Shown here: one piece after another, positions 21,621 through 33,093 of the stretch
Numbering within the stretch: the first letter of the stretch is position 1
Layout of the letters: each line of letters begins with the position of its first letter
From: Amoebophrya sp. A120
Lineage: Eukaryota; Protista; Dinoflagellata
Direction: 5' to 3'
Assembly: GCA_905178155.1 (NCBI GenBank)
Contig: CAJINV010000004.1
Coordinates: 8,202,938-8,266,937 of the forward strand
Length of the DNA: 64,000 nt
Program-made: the position numbers and the translations under genes
Notes under the pieces: generated by a model
Told to the model about the DNA's origin: nothing
What the model saw: only the letters and a program-made list of their open reading frames with translations
Databases searched by the model: none

Positions 21621-23294
21621 GGCAGAGCCTGCCACCATTCCAACCGTGGCGCAGAGGCGTCGCCGCGCGGATCAGCCGAGCGGCGCCAAACTTGGCCGCC
21701 GCGTCGTAGCTTGTGGGCCGGGGCGCGCGGTAACTGCTTCCGCTGACTGGGCCCGCGCGCGTACCAGCCTGGCCGCCATGCCGTGCGTTGCGGTATACAA
21801 GCGCGGGGCACCTGCCGCACAGCGCCCGGGCGGGCGCCCCAGCCAAGTGCGGGCCGGCTTGGGGCCGAGGCCGGCGGCCCTTGTTCTATCTTTCGCGGAA
21901 CCGCAACGCCGCCGCCGCACTGGGGCCCGGCCTTCCTGGCGGACCGGAAGGGCCACCGCACCAAGCGAATGGTCGTGGACTACATACCGCGCCACAACGA
22001 GCAGGGCAGCCGCAGAGCACTGGGCGCGCGCCGAGTGGCGCGTGGGGGCCTGCTTGTGGGCCGCAGGCCCCGCAGACTACGCCGGCCGGCCCCGGGCCTG
22101 GGGATTTTGGCGGCAAAAGGGGCGGGGCAGACAAAGGAAGCCTAGCCAATGCCCGCGCAAGCTAGCCTGGGCGACAGAGCGGGAAACCAGGCCGGGCGCA
22201 CCTGCTGGCTGGCGGGCCCCAATAATATCCCCCGCCGCCGTAGAGGAAGCGAGAAGTCCCGGGCCTCTTGGCGTTTGTGTGTCAACCACGCGGCGGGGTG
22301 TGCCTGCGCTGCTTCAGAGTCTTTGGGTGTTTTTGTTTCTTCCGCAAGCAGGTGGGCACGAAGTTAGCGCCGGGCCTGGGGTGTTTCTCGGCTACGATGA
22401 CGCGAGCGCGCCCCGTGTCGTTGGATACCATACCGGCCTCGCCGACGTTTCGGCGTTTGCCCGGGCAGTGTTGTGGCCCCGCGGGGCCAGCTTGACCATG
22501 TCAGCTTGCTACGGCGGGAATTTTGGGCGGGCGGCCCATCGGCGCGCCGAAGACAGCCGCCCGGGGCAGCGAAGCCGGCAAAAGGACAGGGGCGCCGGGC
22601 CAGAACGAAGGGAAGCGAAGCGCCGCGCCCCGGCCCCTGTTTCGGGTGGTCTCCTGTGGTGGCCTCCTGGCCGATCAGAACGCGGCGCCCTGGTATTCCG
22701 GGCGCCCGCGAGTGCCATGCGCCGCGCTGGGCGCCAGGCCCATTGTGGTCATCATGCGCCCGCGAGTGTCATGCGGCTGGCCTACAGTCCTCGCAACCCG
22801 GCCCATTGTGGGCGCTGGGGTGTGTGCCCCGGCTTGGCCTACACCTGGCGCCACGCACGGCCTGCGGCCCCATTCCCGGCGACCTGGCTCGGCTTCTTCC
22901 GTTTGCCACTGCAGACAGAGGCAGAAGCCTGCTCTCCTTGTAAAAGTAAAGCAGCAAGCAATTTCAAGCGCCTTTCCTTATGGGTGCATCATTTGTGTTT
23001 TGAGAATTCGTTTTCAGTGTTCGTATGCAGCTAAGAAGCGCGCTACCAAAAAACGATCGCAACTGATGTTGATTCCGCTATACCTACTTTGCTAATTGTC
23101 GATGCTGCAATCCCCTACTGTTGTAGCTTCTCTTGCCGCCATCGTGGAAAACGAAATTTGGACGATGTGACGCACTTATTGCACTCTGAAGCAGCGCAGC
23201 CTCCTCCTGCCTAATAGAGTACTTAAACTGACACCTGTATAGACAGACGCTTCGTCCGCCCTTGCGCGTGCAACTATGGCGACGGTCCCGCTTC

Positions 23295-23928
23295 ATGCCT
23301 GTGCCCCATGACAAAACCCCGGACCACGGTTGCCGCGCTCCACGAAATGACGAAAGGGAAAAAAAGGAGGCCAACGCTGCAGAACATTCTTCTGCCCCGA
23401 CGTACTACACGCCGCCGAAAATTGTCCTGCTCGGAGATGTTGCTGCAGAACCGGTGGGGCAGAAGTTGCATCTTTTCGCACAGATCAGGGAGCGGAAGGT
23501 ACGCTAGTGGAAACTCCAGGAGGGGGCGGACTGTGAAAAGGCTGCTTTTGCTCTGTGCTTCGTTCCTTACAACTGTCATGCATGTAAAAGAACTATGGAA
23601 TTTCAGTTACAAGTACTGAGCGCAAAAAGAACCCTAGTGAAACAACGGGGCAAAAATCACTATCACACACAACCCCCCCTGCAACTTCTCCCACACTCTA
23701 TACCACTACGGAGCCGTGTACGATGTGACGGACCGGAAAGCAAAATGTTTGATCGAGATTCCCCGGTGTCTGGGCACGTTCCAGCCAGGCGATGAGGTTC
23801 GCGTGTTTTGCGAAAAAACTTCCGATTCCCTCCTAACCGCAACGAACGTCACGCGGGTAAGCGGCATCGGCTATTCCACGCTAGCACTGTGGCTCAACGC
23901 CAGCAGAGGGCGGGCGGAAGGTCCTTGA
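23295..23928 (+). CDS. Small OB-fold protein, TEN1/RPA3-like (one non-canonical intron)
   Basis: Removing 23500-23702 plus 5 nt gives PPKIVLLGDVAAEPVGQKLHLFAQIRERKDGAVYDVTDRKAKCLIEIPRCLGTFQPGDEVRVFCEKTSDSLLTATNVTRVSGIGYSTLALWLNASR. The layout resembles the TEN1/RPA3 OB fold, judged by eye. Confidence 0.5.
23500..23702. mobile_element. Old, degenerate IR intron
   Basis: TAC..ATA with loose arms; TSD eroded; +5 removal restores frame. Confidence 0.55.
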
Positions 23929-24746
23929 AGTTTCCGAAGGAGACGAAGAAGGAAAGAATTCTGGGTTTTAATACCGATTGAAGCATAGCACCACAGCTCC
24001 GCGAAGCTGCAACTCAGGATTACTAGTCTTACTCGCTCGCATGTTCCCTAAACCAGTGCACAAAATTCCTCTTCAGAAGCTACTAGTTTATGATCCGGAA
24101 AACATCAGACCACCACGCAAAGTGGTATCATGAATTCTCACTTTACTAACCCGACGCGCTAGGGAGTCGTCGTGTTCCGTGGGTCGCAGATATAACCGCA
24201 CCAACAGCCGTCAAGCAATGTGCTCAAACCGCAAAAAAATTTCTCGATTCTGAAATTTTCTGCAAACAGCGAAACCAGCCGGATCTGCTCGTGGCAACAG
24301 ACGATTTTCAATTTAGCGTTGCACGTGGATCGTTTCTTGTCTTCAAATAAATCTGCCATCAAAATAAAAGCAGCAAACGGGTACGCGGTCTTTTGTGAAA
24401 AATACGTTGTGGCTTTTCATAAGCATTTGAGCCTACAAGCAAAGTTTACAACGCCCTCCACTCCATTGTCCTAGAACAAGCGATTTCCTTTCACCGTATT
24501 ATCCAGAAGCAGGTATTCAGTTGGAAGGTAGGCAACACCCGTCGGAAATTTTTGAAGGAAAGATTCGTGATAGCAAAAACATGTCACCTCTCCAGCAACC
24601 TCTACTTGACAATGTACGTGAATCCGTCCCGTGGTAAGTAAAGCCGAGTATTGAAGAAAACCCGTCACCGCAGCACGACGCTGACTCTTCTACCGTCGCA
24701 CACCGGCCGCTCGCAAGCGTAACAACGGCAAGATCTGAACTCTAGA

Positions 24747-27700
24747 ATGGAAGTGGACGAGACCGGGCCTGTTACCACAGCGTCCAGCAAAGAAAGTACG
24801 GAGGGCGGAGACTTTTCGAAGAGAGCGGTGGAAGGAAAACCTCTGGTCCGTCAAGACAAGCGGGAAAAGATGGAGTATAGAATCAGTTACAGTTTTGCAT
24901 TAGCTAATGTGCATATAGTAATAAAAGAAACAAAAAATGAAACTGTAGTCCGCAAGATGAAGAAACTATTCGTTGTACACGGCTGTAAACTATTCCACAA
25001 AAATCCTCTAAAACAGGAACAGACCGGAGGAAACGACGGACCCCACGGCGCCTGGTAAAGCGGACGACGCGAACGCCCTACCAGCCGAAACCCTGCTCCC
25101 AGCAGTGTCGCAGCTACTAACAACAGGCAATGGAACGGCGAGCTCCAATATCAACCAGCAGTCATCAAGAGCCGCGACTTCGAGCGCAGCGTCGAGCAGT
25201 GCTGGACCGCCGCCTGGGAAGGAGCAAGTAGCGACGACTATAACTGTAATAGGTGGCAGAAATATTGAAGGTGAAAATGCTGAAGATAGCGACGACAGCA
25301 GTGAGTTCGACCCGCTGGAATACGCAAAGCAGCAGTCGCTGAACGGCGTGGGCGGTCTGGACGCCGAGAAGTCCGCCGCGCTGATCCACGCCTTGCAGCA
25401 GAACAGCTTGTGGGCGTCCATGCTCGCCAACCCCACCGACGAGGGCGCGGACTACGAAACCAAGATGACACAGGCCGTCGAGGAGGCGGCCGCCAACCCG
25501 GAGATGCTGAAGATGCTGCTGGGGCAGAGCGTGAACCACGGGAAGCCGGACCAGCACCTGGACTTTGCCGAGCGCCTCCGCGTCACCATGGAGGCATCCA
25601 AACTGTACGAGCGACTCGTGCAAACCGTAGTGCCGTCCGCCGCCGTGTCCGTCTGCTGGGCCGCCTACAAGAAAACTGCGGCGGAAGATGGGATCATGTC
25701 AAACGAAATGAACACAGCAGCATCTTCCTCCCAACCTCCACGGCCGCTTTTGACGGGCAACAGCAGCAGTAGCAGCAGCAGCGCTGTGTTTGTTCAGCCG
25801 GACGGGAAGCAGCCGCAGCCGGGACAAGGGGGTGCTAGCAGCGGTTCCTCCACCAAGGCAGACGGCGCCAAAAAGGCCAAGCACATACTGCCGCACAACC
25901 AGAGCCTGGCACTCTGGCTGCACGCCGATCCCTGCGACCTTCACAAAATCAGCATACACGAGAGCTTTCTAGAGGACTACGTCCCCGCAGGGTATGCTTC
26001 GGATATTTATATGTATTCTGGGTCGAACGTGGAAGGGCTCCTGTTATAATGGATGTGTCCAGTCCATGTCTTGCTGCTGATGAAGAGCCTTCTAGCATAG
26101 TATGCCTTTATTTCGGAAGGCACTTGATCCTCGTGCTCGTTCGCATGTACTCAATCTGTTCTTCACGTTGAAGGCAACTTTAAAAACACATCGCTCCAGT
26201 GACAGCGCCAATTTTTCCTCGTTCGACCCACTTTTTTCTCCCCTCGATTACCCCCAACCCGGAGCCGCAGACCAGATGTTCGTGGAGCAACCCACGGCGC
26301 ATTCGCAGGGCCCCATCGCGCTGGAAGAGTTCAACGAACACTACCGGCCGACGACCTTCTCGGTGGGCTTCCCGGCGGACAAGGTGAACCCCTGGGGCCT
26401 CTGGTCGAGCGAAACCGCACTTCTGCTGCACGAGCGCGAGCACGTGGAGTACTACCGCCTCGTCGCCGCGCACGAAAACTGGCTCGTCGCGGGAAAAGCG
26501 TCGGGCCAACTTATCGCGCAAAGGCTGAATACGGACGGCACAGAGCTCGTATTTTTTTTTCTGTATTGAGACCGTTTTTTGCCCTATAGGAGTACAGCAA
26601 GAACGCTGTATAATGTGTCAGATGAGATTTCATGCGGCTATGATTTTTGTGGACAAGTAAAGATTTTTGATATCGGCATTCGCATTTGCTGTCACCTTCC
26701 TACGATCTTCTTTTTGCTTAAAATGAAAGGATTTCACCCACACCCCTCAGATGGAAGCCGTCAGCCTGAACTGCCACAGCGACGTTGCCTTTGGTCTCAG
26801 CGCGGTGGAAAATGTGGTCTGGTCTGGGGCGAATGACGGGTCCGTCGCGCGCTGGGATTTGGACCAGCTTGTCGGGCCAGAGGCCGGGCCAACAGCAGTC
26901 ACCAGTATGGGCGCCGATATAAACGACCTGGTGGGCACCTCGAAAAGCGTTGCATACGGTATAAAAATTTGTACTACATGATTTTCCTCGAATATCATGA
27001 CAAGAACCTACTTCATTGTAGTACAAGCGCCCTGTGAAGATTCTGTCCATAGCCGAGTAATGCAAAATTCACAATCTCGCAAAAACCATCAGGCTGCACC
27101 GACAGCGCGCCGCTTTTCAAAGTGGAGTGGGACGGCCAGAAGAAGGACGTTTCGCAGCAGCCGATACTGGACACAAACCTCTGGGAGTTCTACGTTCAGC
27201 AAGCCAAGGAACTGTTTCCCCACGGCGGTTCCACTGACGACGGCCCACACTCCGCCGCTGAGATTTCATCAAGGCAGGCGGGAAAGACCGCGCCTCCCTC
27301 TACCGCCGCGAATAAGGAAGCCAACCGGGCGGCACCCGCAGCTGCGACCGATAGTGCGGCGCAGAGCTCGTCCAGCAAAAAACCAGATTCTGGTATTAAC
27401 GCGGAGGAAGATGCCAGCCCAGCGGCGAGCGACAGTGCCTCCGCGAAAGAAAAAAAGACCGTCGTGCAGGCCCTGGATGTGTTCGAAAATAAAGCGATTC
27501 TCGGCGCCACAGATGGTTCCCTCCTGGTACTGGAGCTCCGCACGGCGGACGAACTGGTACCGCTGTTCTACACCCCGAACGCGCACCCTGGCGGCGTCGA
27601 AAGGGTGAAATGGAAGAAGTTTAGCGAAGGCGATACGGTATTAAAAAGTACTTGCAAGAATTTCCGGAAAATAAGGTTGTGATAGTGCATCTCTCGTTAT

Positions 27701-29154
27701 TTTTCTGCTTTCAAATTTCTGCTGTTCTAGTAACATCTTCCCCGGACAACATAATTGCCAGTAGACCCACATGAACCATCTCTCGTATTGCGAAAAAAAC
27801 CAACTTCCAAATCCTCAGGTCTTTGCCTCCTGCGGAACCACAGACGGCTGCGTCACCGTGTACGACATTGCGCAGAAAACCCTTCCAGACGACGATGTGC
27901 GATTCGCAGAGGAGCTTGTATCAAATGCAAAAATGTCTGGGTCTGGAAGATTGCGAGACTTGTCACGCTTGTCTAGCATGACCAAAAAGTTTGTGATGCG
28001 TGTCCACGAAGAGACTCTTTTGCCTGTCATGCAAAAACGCAGTTTGTCATGCGAAAAACGCAACACACATATTTCTGATGCTTGGCTGTGCATCACAGAG
28101 CATTCACTACTCCCAGCGCGACATTACAAGTTTCCAGACCCAGACATATTTGCAGTTGATAGCTTGAAGACGGGGACGAGGACGACGATCCACCACAGCT
28201 GCTGTTCACGCACAAGGGCCACCGAGGAGGTATGAAAATTGGTGTAGGCTGTTTAACAATGCAATTCCGTGTGTACTAAAGTGGCACAACAGATGCACAC
28301 CCACCTTCTTGGTAGACCAAAAGAACATTATTTGCATCAACCCAAGCAAGAAACTCGCAATCTAAACTACCACAGATCTCAGTGACATTGCGTGGTGCCC
28401 CTGGATGGACTGGCTGATCGCTTCCGTCAGCAATCACGGGGAGATTCAAGCGTGGCAAATGAACTCGTGCTGCTATGGAGAGGAGAAAGACGCCGCGAAC
28501 AAGTATCAAATGTAAAAGTGTCTGGGTCTGGAAGAATGCAACTTGTGGCGCTGCATTTGGATTCCAAAGAAATTTGTATTGCATGAGTACCAAAGGAAAG
28601 GCAATTTTCGCTACGCTGAGAAGGCATTTGCCATGCGGAATACGCATCAAGAGGCCCTCAAAAAATCTGTATTGCTAGGGGATGCATCACAGACATCATG
28701 GCTCATGCAAAACGTGCATGACAAGTCTCGCAATCTTCCAGACCCAGACATTTTTACAGTTGATAACAAACCTACCGCCGACATCTTCTCTACGTGCGTG
28801 AGCAACGACGACGACGTATCCTGAGTAAAAACGTACCCACACCAGAGTTGTAATGCAAATCTGCATGCTGAAAATGTTTCTCATGCGGAGCTCCATGAGA
28901 AGCATTTTCTAGTCGTGTTTTGCAATTTGTCATGCTCCAATCAGCATGGTATGCTATATCTGTGATGCTGCTGAGCTAGCTCAAACAGCACTACACTACG
29001 AATCCAAATTTGTCATGCAAAACGGCCAAAACTTGTGGATTTGTCTAGCCGATTCCCCATCTTGACTCTGGTGTAGGTACGTTTTTACTCAGGATACGAC
29101 GTGCCACTGGAAGAGACCGTACGTCGCACCAAGCGCCAAAAAACCACAACGTGA
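24747..29154 (+). CDS. WD40 histone-binding protein, RBBP4/RBBP7/MSI1-like (divergent)
   Basis: C-terminus DDPPQLLFTHKGHRG/ISDIAWCPWMDWLIASVSNHGEIQAWQM resembles RBBP4 [42 protein letters not shown]. Also WD motifs such as VWSGANDGSVARWD and the N-terminal LYERLVQTVVPSAAVSVCW. Confidence 0.75.
27919..28161. mobile_element. IR introner family A
   Basis: TIR; perfect TSD GCTTG. Confidence 0.9.
28504..28765. mobile_element. IR introner family A
   Basis: TIR; TSD ACAAG/ACAAA. Confidence 0.9.
28817..29096. mobile_element. IR introner family B
   Basis: TIR; perfect TSD CGACG. Confidence 0.9.
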
Positions 29155-29785
29155 ACGACGTCGGGGAAAAGAAATTCCGAATTTCTCTCTTCCCTTCGAG
29201 GAAAGCAATAATTTTCGAAAGCGACACAGCAGTCCTAGCTTCCGCACCCATTGTTTTGTTGAAAACAGCGACATTGACGGTCATTATTGGCCCCATCTCA
29301 AAGTGACTTTCTCAAAGAAGAAGTCATCTTCTACCACGCGGTGGAACGAAGAAGTTAGACAAAACACGGCTGAAACTCCCAACTGACCGCAGAAGCAGGT
29401 CTACCTTCGAGGCTGTTCCAAAAGTTGATGTTCTACAAAAGAGGCCTAACCATGCCGGTATCATCAACGATGCTCATCTTCCACGATTTAGATCTTGCCT
29501 TCAATCAGCACCATCCTGAATTCCTTTTTACGTGCCACCGCAACAAAAATAGTTGATCGTGTAGTTTTGTTTGATCATGTAGGCTCATTTGATTATAGCA
29601 ACCGACCCATTCTTGTCGCAGTGAGCCTTCTGTTTGAGTGCGTGTAGTGACGATTATTCCGATTATTCCACATGATTGTAGCGGGTTTCAATTTGATCTG
29701 TGTGAAGACAGGTCGCAAGAAGACAGTTCATGTCGCCAAACAGCTGCAGCATGTAGTAGCTTTCTGTTTTCAATAAAAAAACAAT

Positions 29786-32726
29786 ATGGCGGATCCGCAG
29801 ACCTGGGTTCTCGACACGGGCGCGTGGCACCTGCGCGTGCTGGCCTTCCCGTCGGACGCAGCAGATGATACGGATGAGGACGAAGCTAGTAGTGAAGATC
29901 ATGTCGACGCTATGCATTGCAAATATGGCTGGGTCTGGAAGAATGCAACATTTGTCATGCAGATTTGCCATGGCCACCAATGAGGTCTGGAATACAGGAC
30001 TTAGCATGACAGATTTCGGTGAGATAGATATCGGATCATCCAGTTTTGTGTAAATGAAAACTAGTTTGTCGCACGAACTGCTCATCCCAAAATGCGATGC
30101 TGGCGCTGACAAAAGCAAATCTTGAAGTGAAGATCTCATTTTATTTTTCCGATCCTGTTTTTTGAAAATGTACGATGTTCTTTTTTGGAAATGTAGATCT
30201 GTTTTTTATCGTTTTACTAAATTTGTCATGCTAATTTTCCTTTCTGCACGCTCCTGCCGTTCATCGACAGCTCGTTCTTACGTCGGTTTTAAATCCTGTA
30301 TGATGCAAATGTTTTTTCAAGATCTTTATGTATGATTTTCTTAGGGTGTTCAGCCGTGGGCAAGCACCGTAGCATTTATCAATCGTGGTTTCTATCGTGC
30401 ATTACACAATCGCACTGCATATCTATCGCATTTTCTCCAATCAAATCGTCAAGGTATCGAATCGCACTAGAATCACTTTCGAAATCGTGACTATCGTACT
30501 GGGAATTGGGGTAGAATCGTTTAGAACTTAAACCACCGAATAGACCGCTGCTGAAGACCACTGGACTCGTTTTAATCTCGAACTGACTACTGGAAAGAAA
30601 GTATAAGCATTCTGAAACCGCACCGAGTTGCGGTTATTTGGGATTAGTAGTCGTGTTCAACCTCTCCATTTCGTGTTTAGATCCTTCAGTTTTAGCATGA
30701 CAAGTTGCAGCGTTCCAGACCTAGATAAACTATTTCCATTTCATACACCTCGGACAGAACCAAATCGGGCAGCTGCAGCACAGCGAACAAACGGTTTTCG
30801 GGACGGAGTTGGAGCTCTGTTTGGAGCAAACCTCCGAGACGGCAACCTCCGAAGAAGAAGCGGTTCTGCTGCACTTTCCCAAGCGGCTGGACGAAATCGA
30901 AGACCTCGATGCGCAAGTACGGCTGTGGGCAGCGGCAATATCTGAGTACGACAGAAGTCCCGCCAACCCCACCACGGCCCCTTCGGAAGCCCTTGTAGAT
31001 CATGGGGTAGAGCAAAATAACACAGTTGGTGCTTTACCGAACCCGCCTGCAGAGACGCCTTCCGAGTCTACGTTTTCTTCGAGTGCGGGAGTTTTGACGG
31101 GGGAGGAGAACGGCCAGCGAATGCGTACCGTGGGCGACGATGCGGCAGTTGTCTTGCTCGGTTTGCACGACGCGTTCGACCACGACTTGCTGCGCGTGAA
31201 AAAGCTACTGTCTGGCATTTCTAACGGAACACCTTCGTCGGCCGCGGAGTCCTCGGGGGGCATCGACAGTGGTATTAGAAATAATCAGGCCAACAAGCTG
31301 TTCTTCGACCACACCGACTACGTCCGATTGGAGCAGTACGCGCTGACGTGGTTCTCGGCGTTCCCGGCCACTGCTCGACTAGCAGTCCTGCCGGATGCCC
31401 TCATGGCTGCCTACGCGCTCCTCCCTCCTGGACAGGATAATAAAGAAGCTGCAAGTACTAGAGCGACGAAAAACGGCGCAGATCTTCACGACCGTGGCCC
31501 ACAACCTTCCGACCCCGAAGCCTGTCTCGTGATCGACCTCGGATTCTCCGCTGCGCGAGTGCACCTGCTTGGGCGTCGGACTACAACTAAGCAGACCGCG
31601 GAAACAACCACTGCAACGAGCAAAGTGGACACCACCTCGTCCCACTGGCAAATCTTGGCCGCCCGCACGAGAAACTTTCACCTCGGCGGGTACTTTCTGA
31701 CCAGGAAACTGCAGCAGCACTTGTGCACGCGGCACAATGCAGTGTGCACAGGCGAAGACGAAAATCCCGGCGACTCGGGCTTCACCTTCTACAAGTGCGA
31801 CGAGATGAAGCAGCGAATCGCTCGGTGCAGTTTCGAAACGGATGGGAATAGTAGCGGGGTATGCAGGTTTCGGTGGGACGAGAGCGAGCACGATTTCACC
31901 CGAGATCCGGAAACGCTACGCGACATTCGGAAGGTCCACCCGGCCTCGGACCTGCGCCTGCTGAAGGAATGGGCCGGCTACCAGCTCGGGGAGATGCTGT
32001 TTCAGCCGTGTTGGAGCTCCGACGGCCAGCAGCCAGCGGAGGAGGACATCGACCCGCCGCGGGCAACGGACGTATGAAAGCAAAACTCGTGCGGTGTTGC
32101 TGATGAAATGCTTTTGCTATAGAAGCCTTTGCAGAAAATCAGGAGTGCTTAGGCATGCGTCTAAGATTCAATGCTGTGTTGAAAAGCGCAATCGATTGTG
32201 ATCTCTTGAGCTGAGAAACAAAAAATCCGCCGCTCGACCGGTCAGCCCTTAGTGCTCTTTCGATCGTCCCTTTCTCAAAAATACTTTCAAGCCAAAAGCA
32301 CATCAACCCAGCAACACTTCTCATTTTCCTTACCCATACTCGGGCCCAGAAGACTACAATCCGACACTGCCCGAAGTCGTCGCGGATCTCCTTCGCAGTT
32401 GCCGGGACGAGGTCGCGAGAATGGCAGAAGCAGAGTCGACGCACCATGCTGTTTTCCCCCGCCAAGCGCTCGCGAACGTGTTGTTGATAGGGGGTGGCGC
32501 GCGGATGTTCGGCGTCGCGAATCGATTGCAGTTGGAGCTCCAGCCGTTGGCGGACGAAAGTGTCCGAGTTCAAATACACCTCGGCGATGAGCTCACTGCC
32601 CTTCGCGGCGCGCGGCGTTTTGTCCAGCAATGGGACGATCGCATCCCGTGGATCACGGCAGAGGACGCTGCGCGGGTGCTGCAGTTCGATCGAAAACGAT
32701 TTCTGATCGAAGATGGCCAAGTGTGA
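29786..32726 (+). CDS. Actin-related protein, ARP6-like (divergent)
   Basis: Actin-fold motifs WVLDTGAWHLRV, CLVIDLGFS, LGGYFLTRKL, GEMLFQP and NVLLIGGGARMFGVANRL. Two TAT..ATA introns. Confidence 0.75.
29911..30745. mobile_element. Expanded family A introner (835 bp)
   Basis: Left TIR at 29911, right TIR ends at 30745; flanks GACGC/CACCT; +5 removal restores the ARP frame. Confidence 0.7.
32073..32338. mobile_element. Old IR intron in the ARP6-like gene
   Basis: TAT..ATA; arms share GTGTTGCTG and TGCTTTTG; +5 removal gives TDGPEDYNPTLPE. Confidence 0.7.
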
Positions 32727-33093
32727 AGCAAATTTTGAATGTGAAATGAAGCAAATTTATCGCACCATGCGAACAAGCGTAACGCATCATTGTCTTTTTT
32801 ACCTATGTCGGAAGCGACAAGCGACCAGATTATACAGGAGATCAGCCAAAACCAAGAATTCCGCCAGCGCACAGTGCTTATTCCAAGAAGAAGAGCCGTG
32901 TTCTGTGTCACTGTGTCGTAAATGCAAGTACTTTTTTCACGAAATTCAGCTTTGTGTCCTTTTTCCCCTCACTCGTTTGCTGCGGAACCTGACGCGAACA
33001 TGCCGGCCTCGTGTGCCCTTGTAGTGAGTCGCTTTGTTAAATCGTTGGATTAGAATGACTGGTTCTACCTGTACTTCCAATAACGCAAACAAC

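Noticed and set aside
21646-23095. 462-aa and 190-aa ORFs
   Set aside because: Same GC-rich artefact; no recognisable domain.
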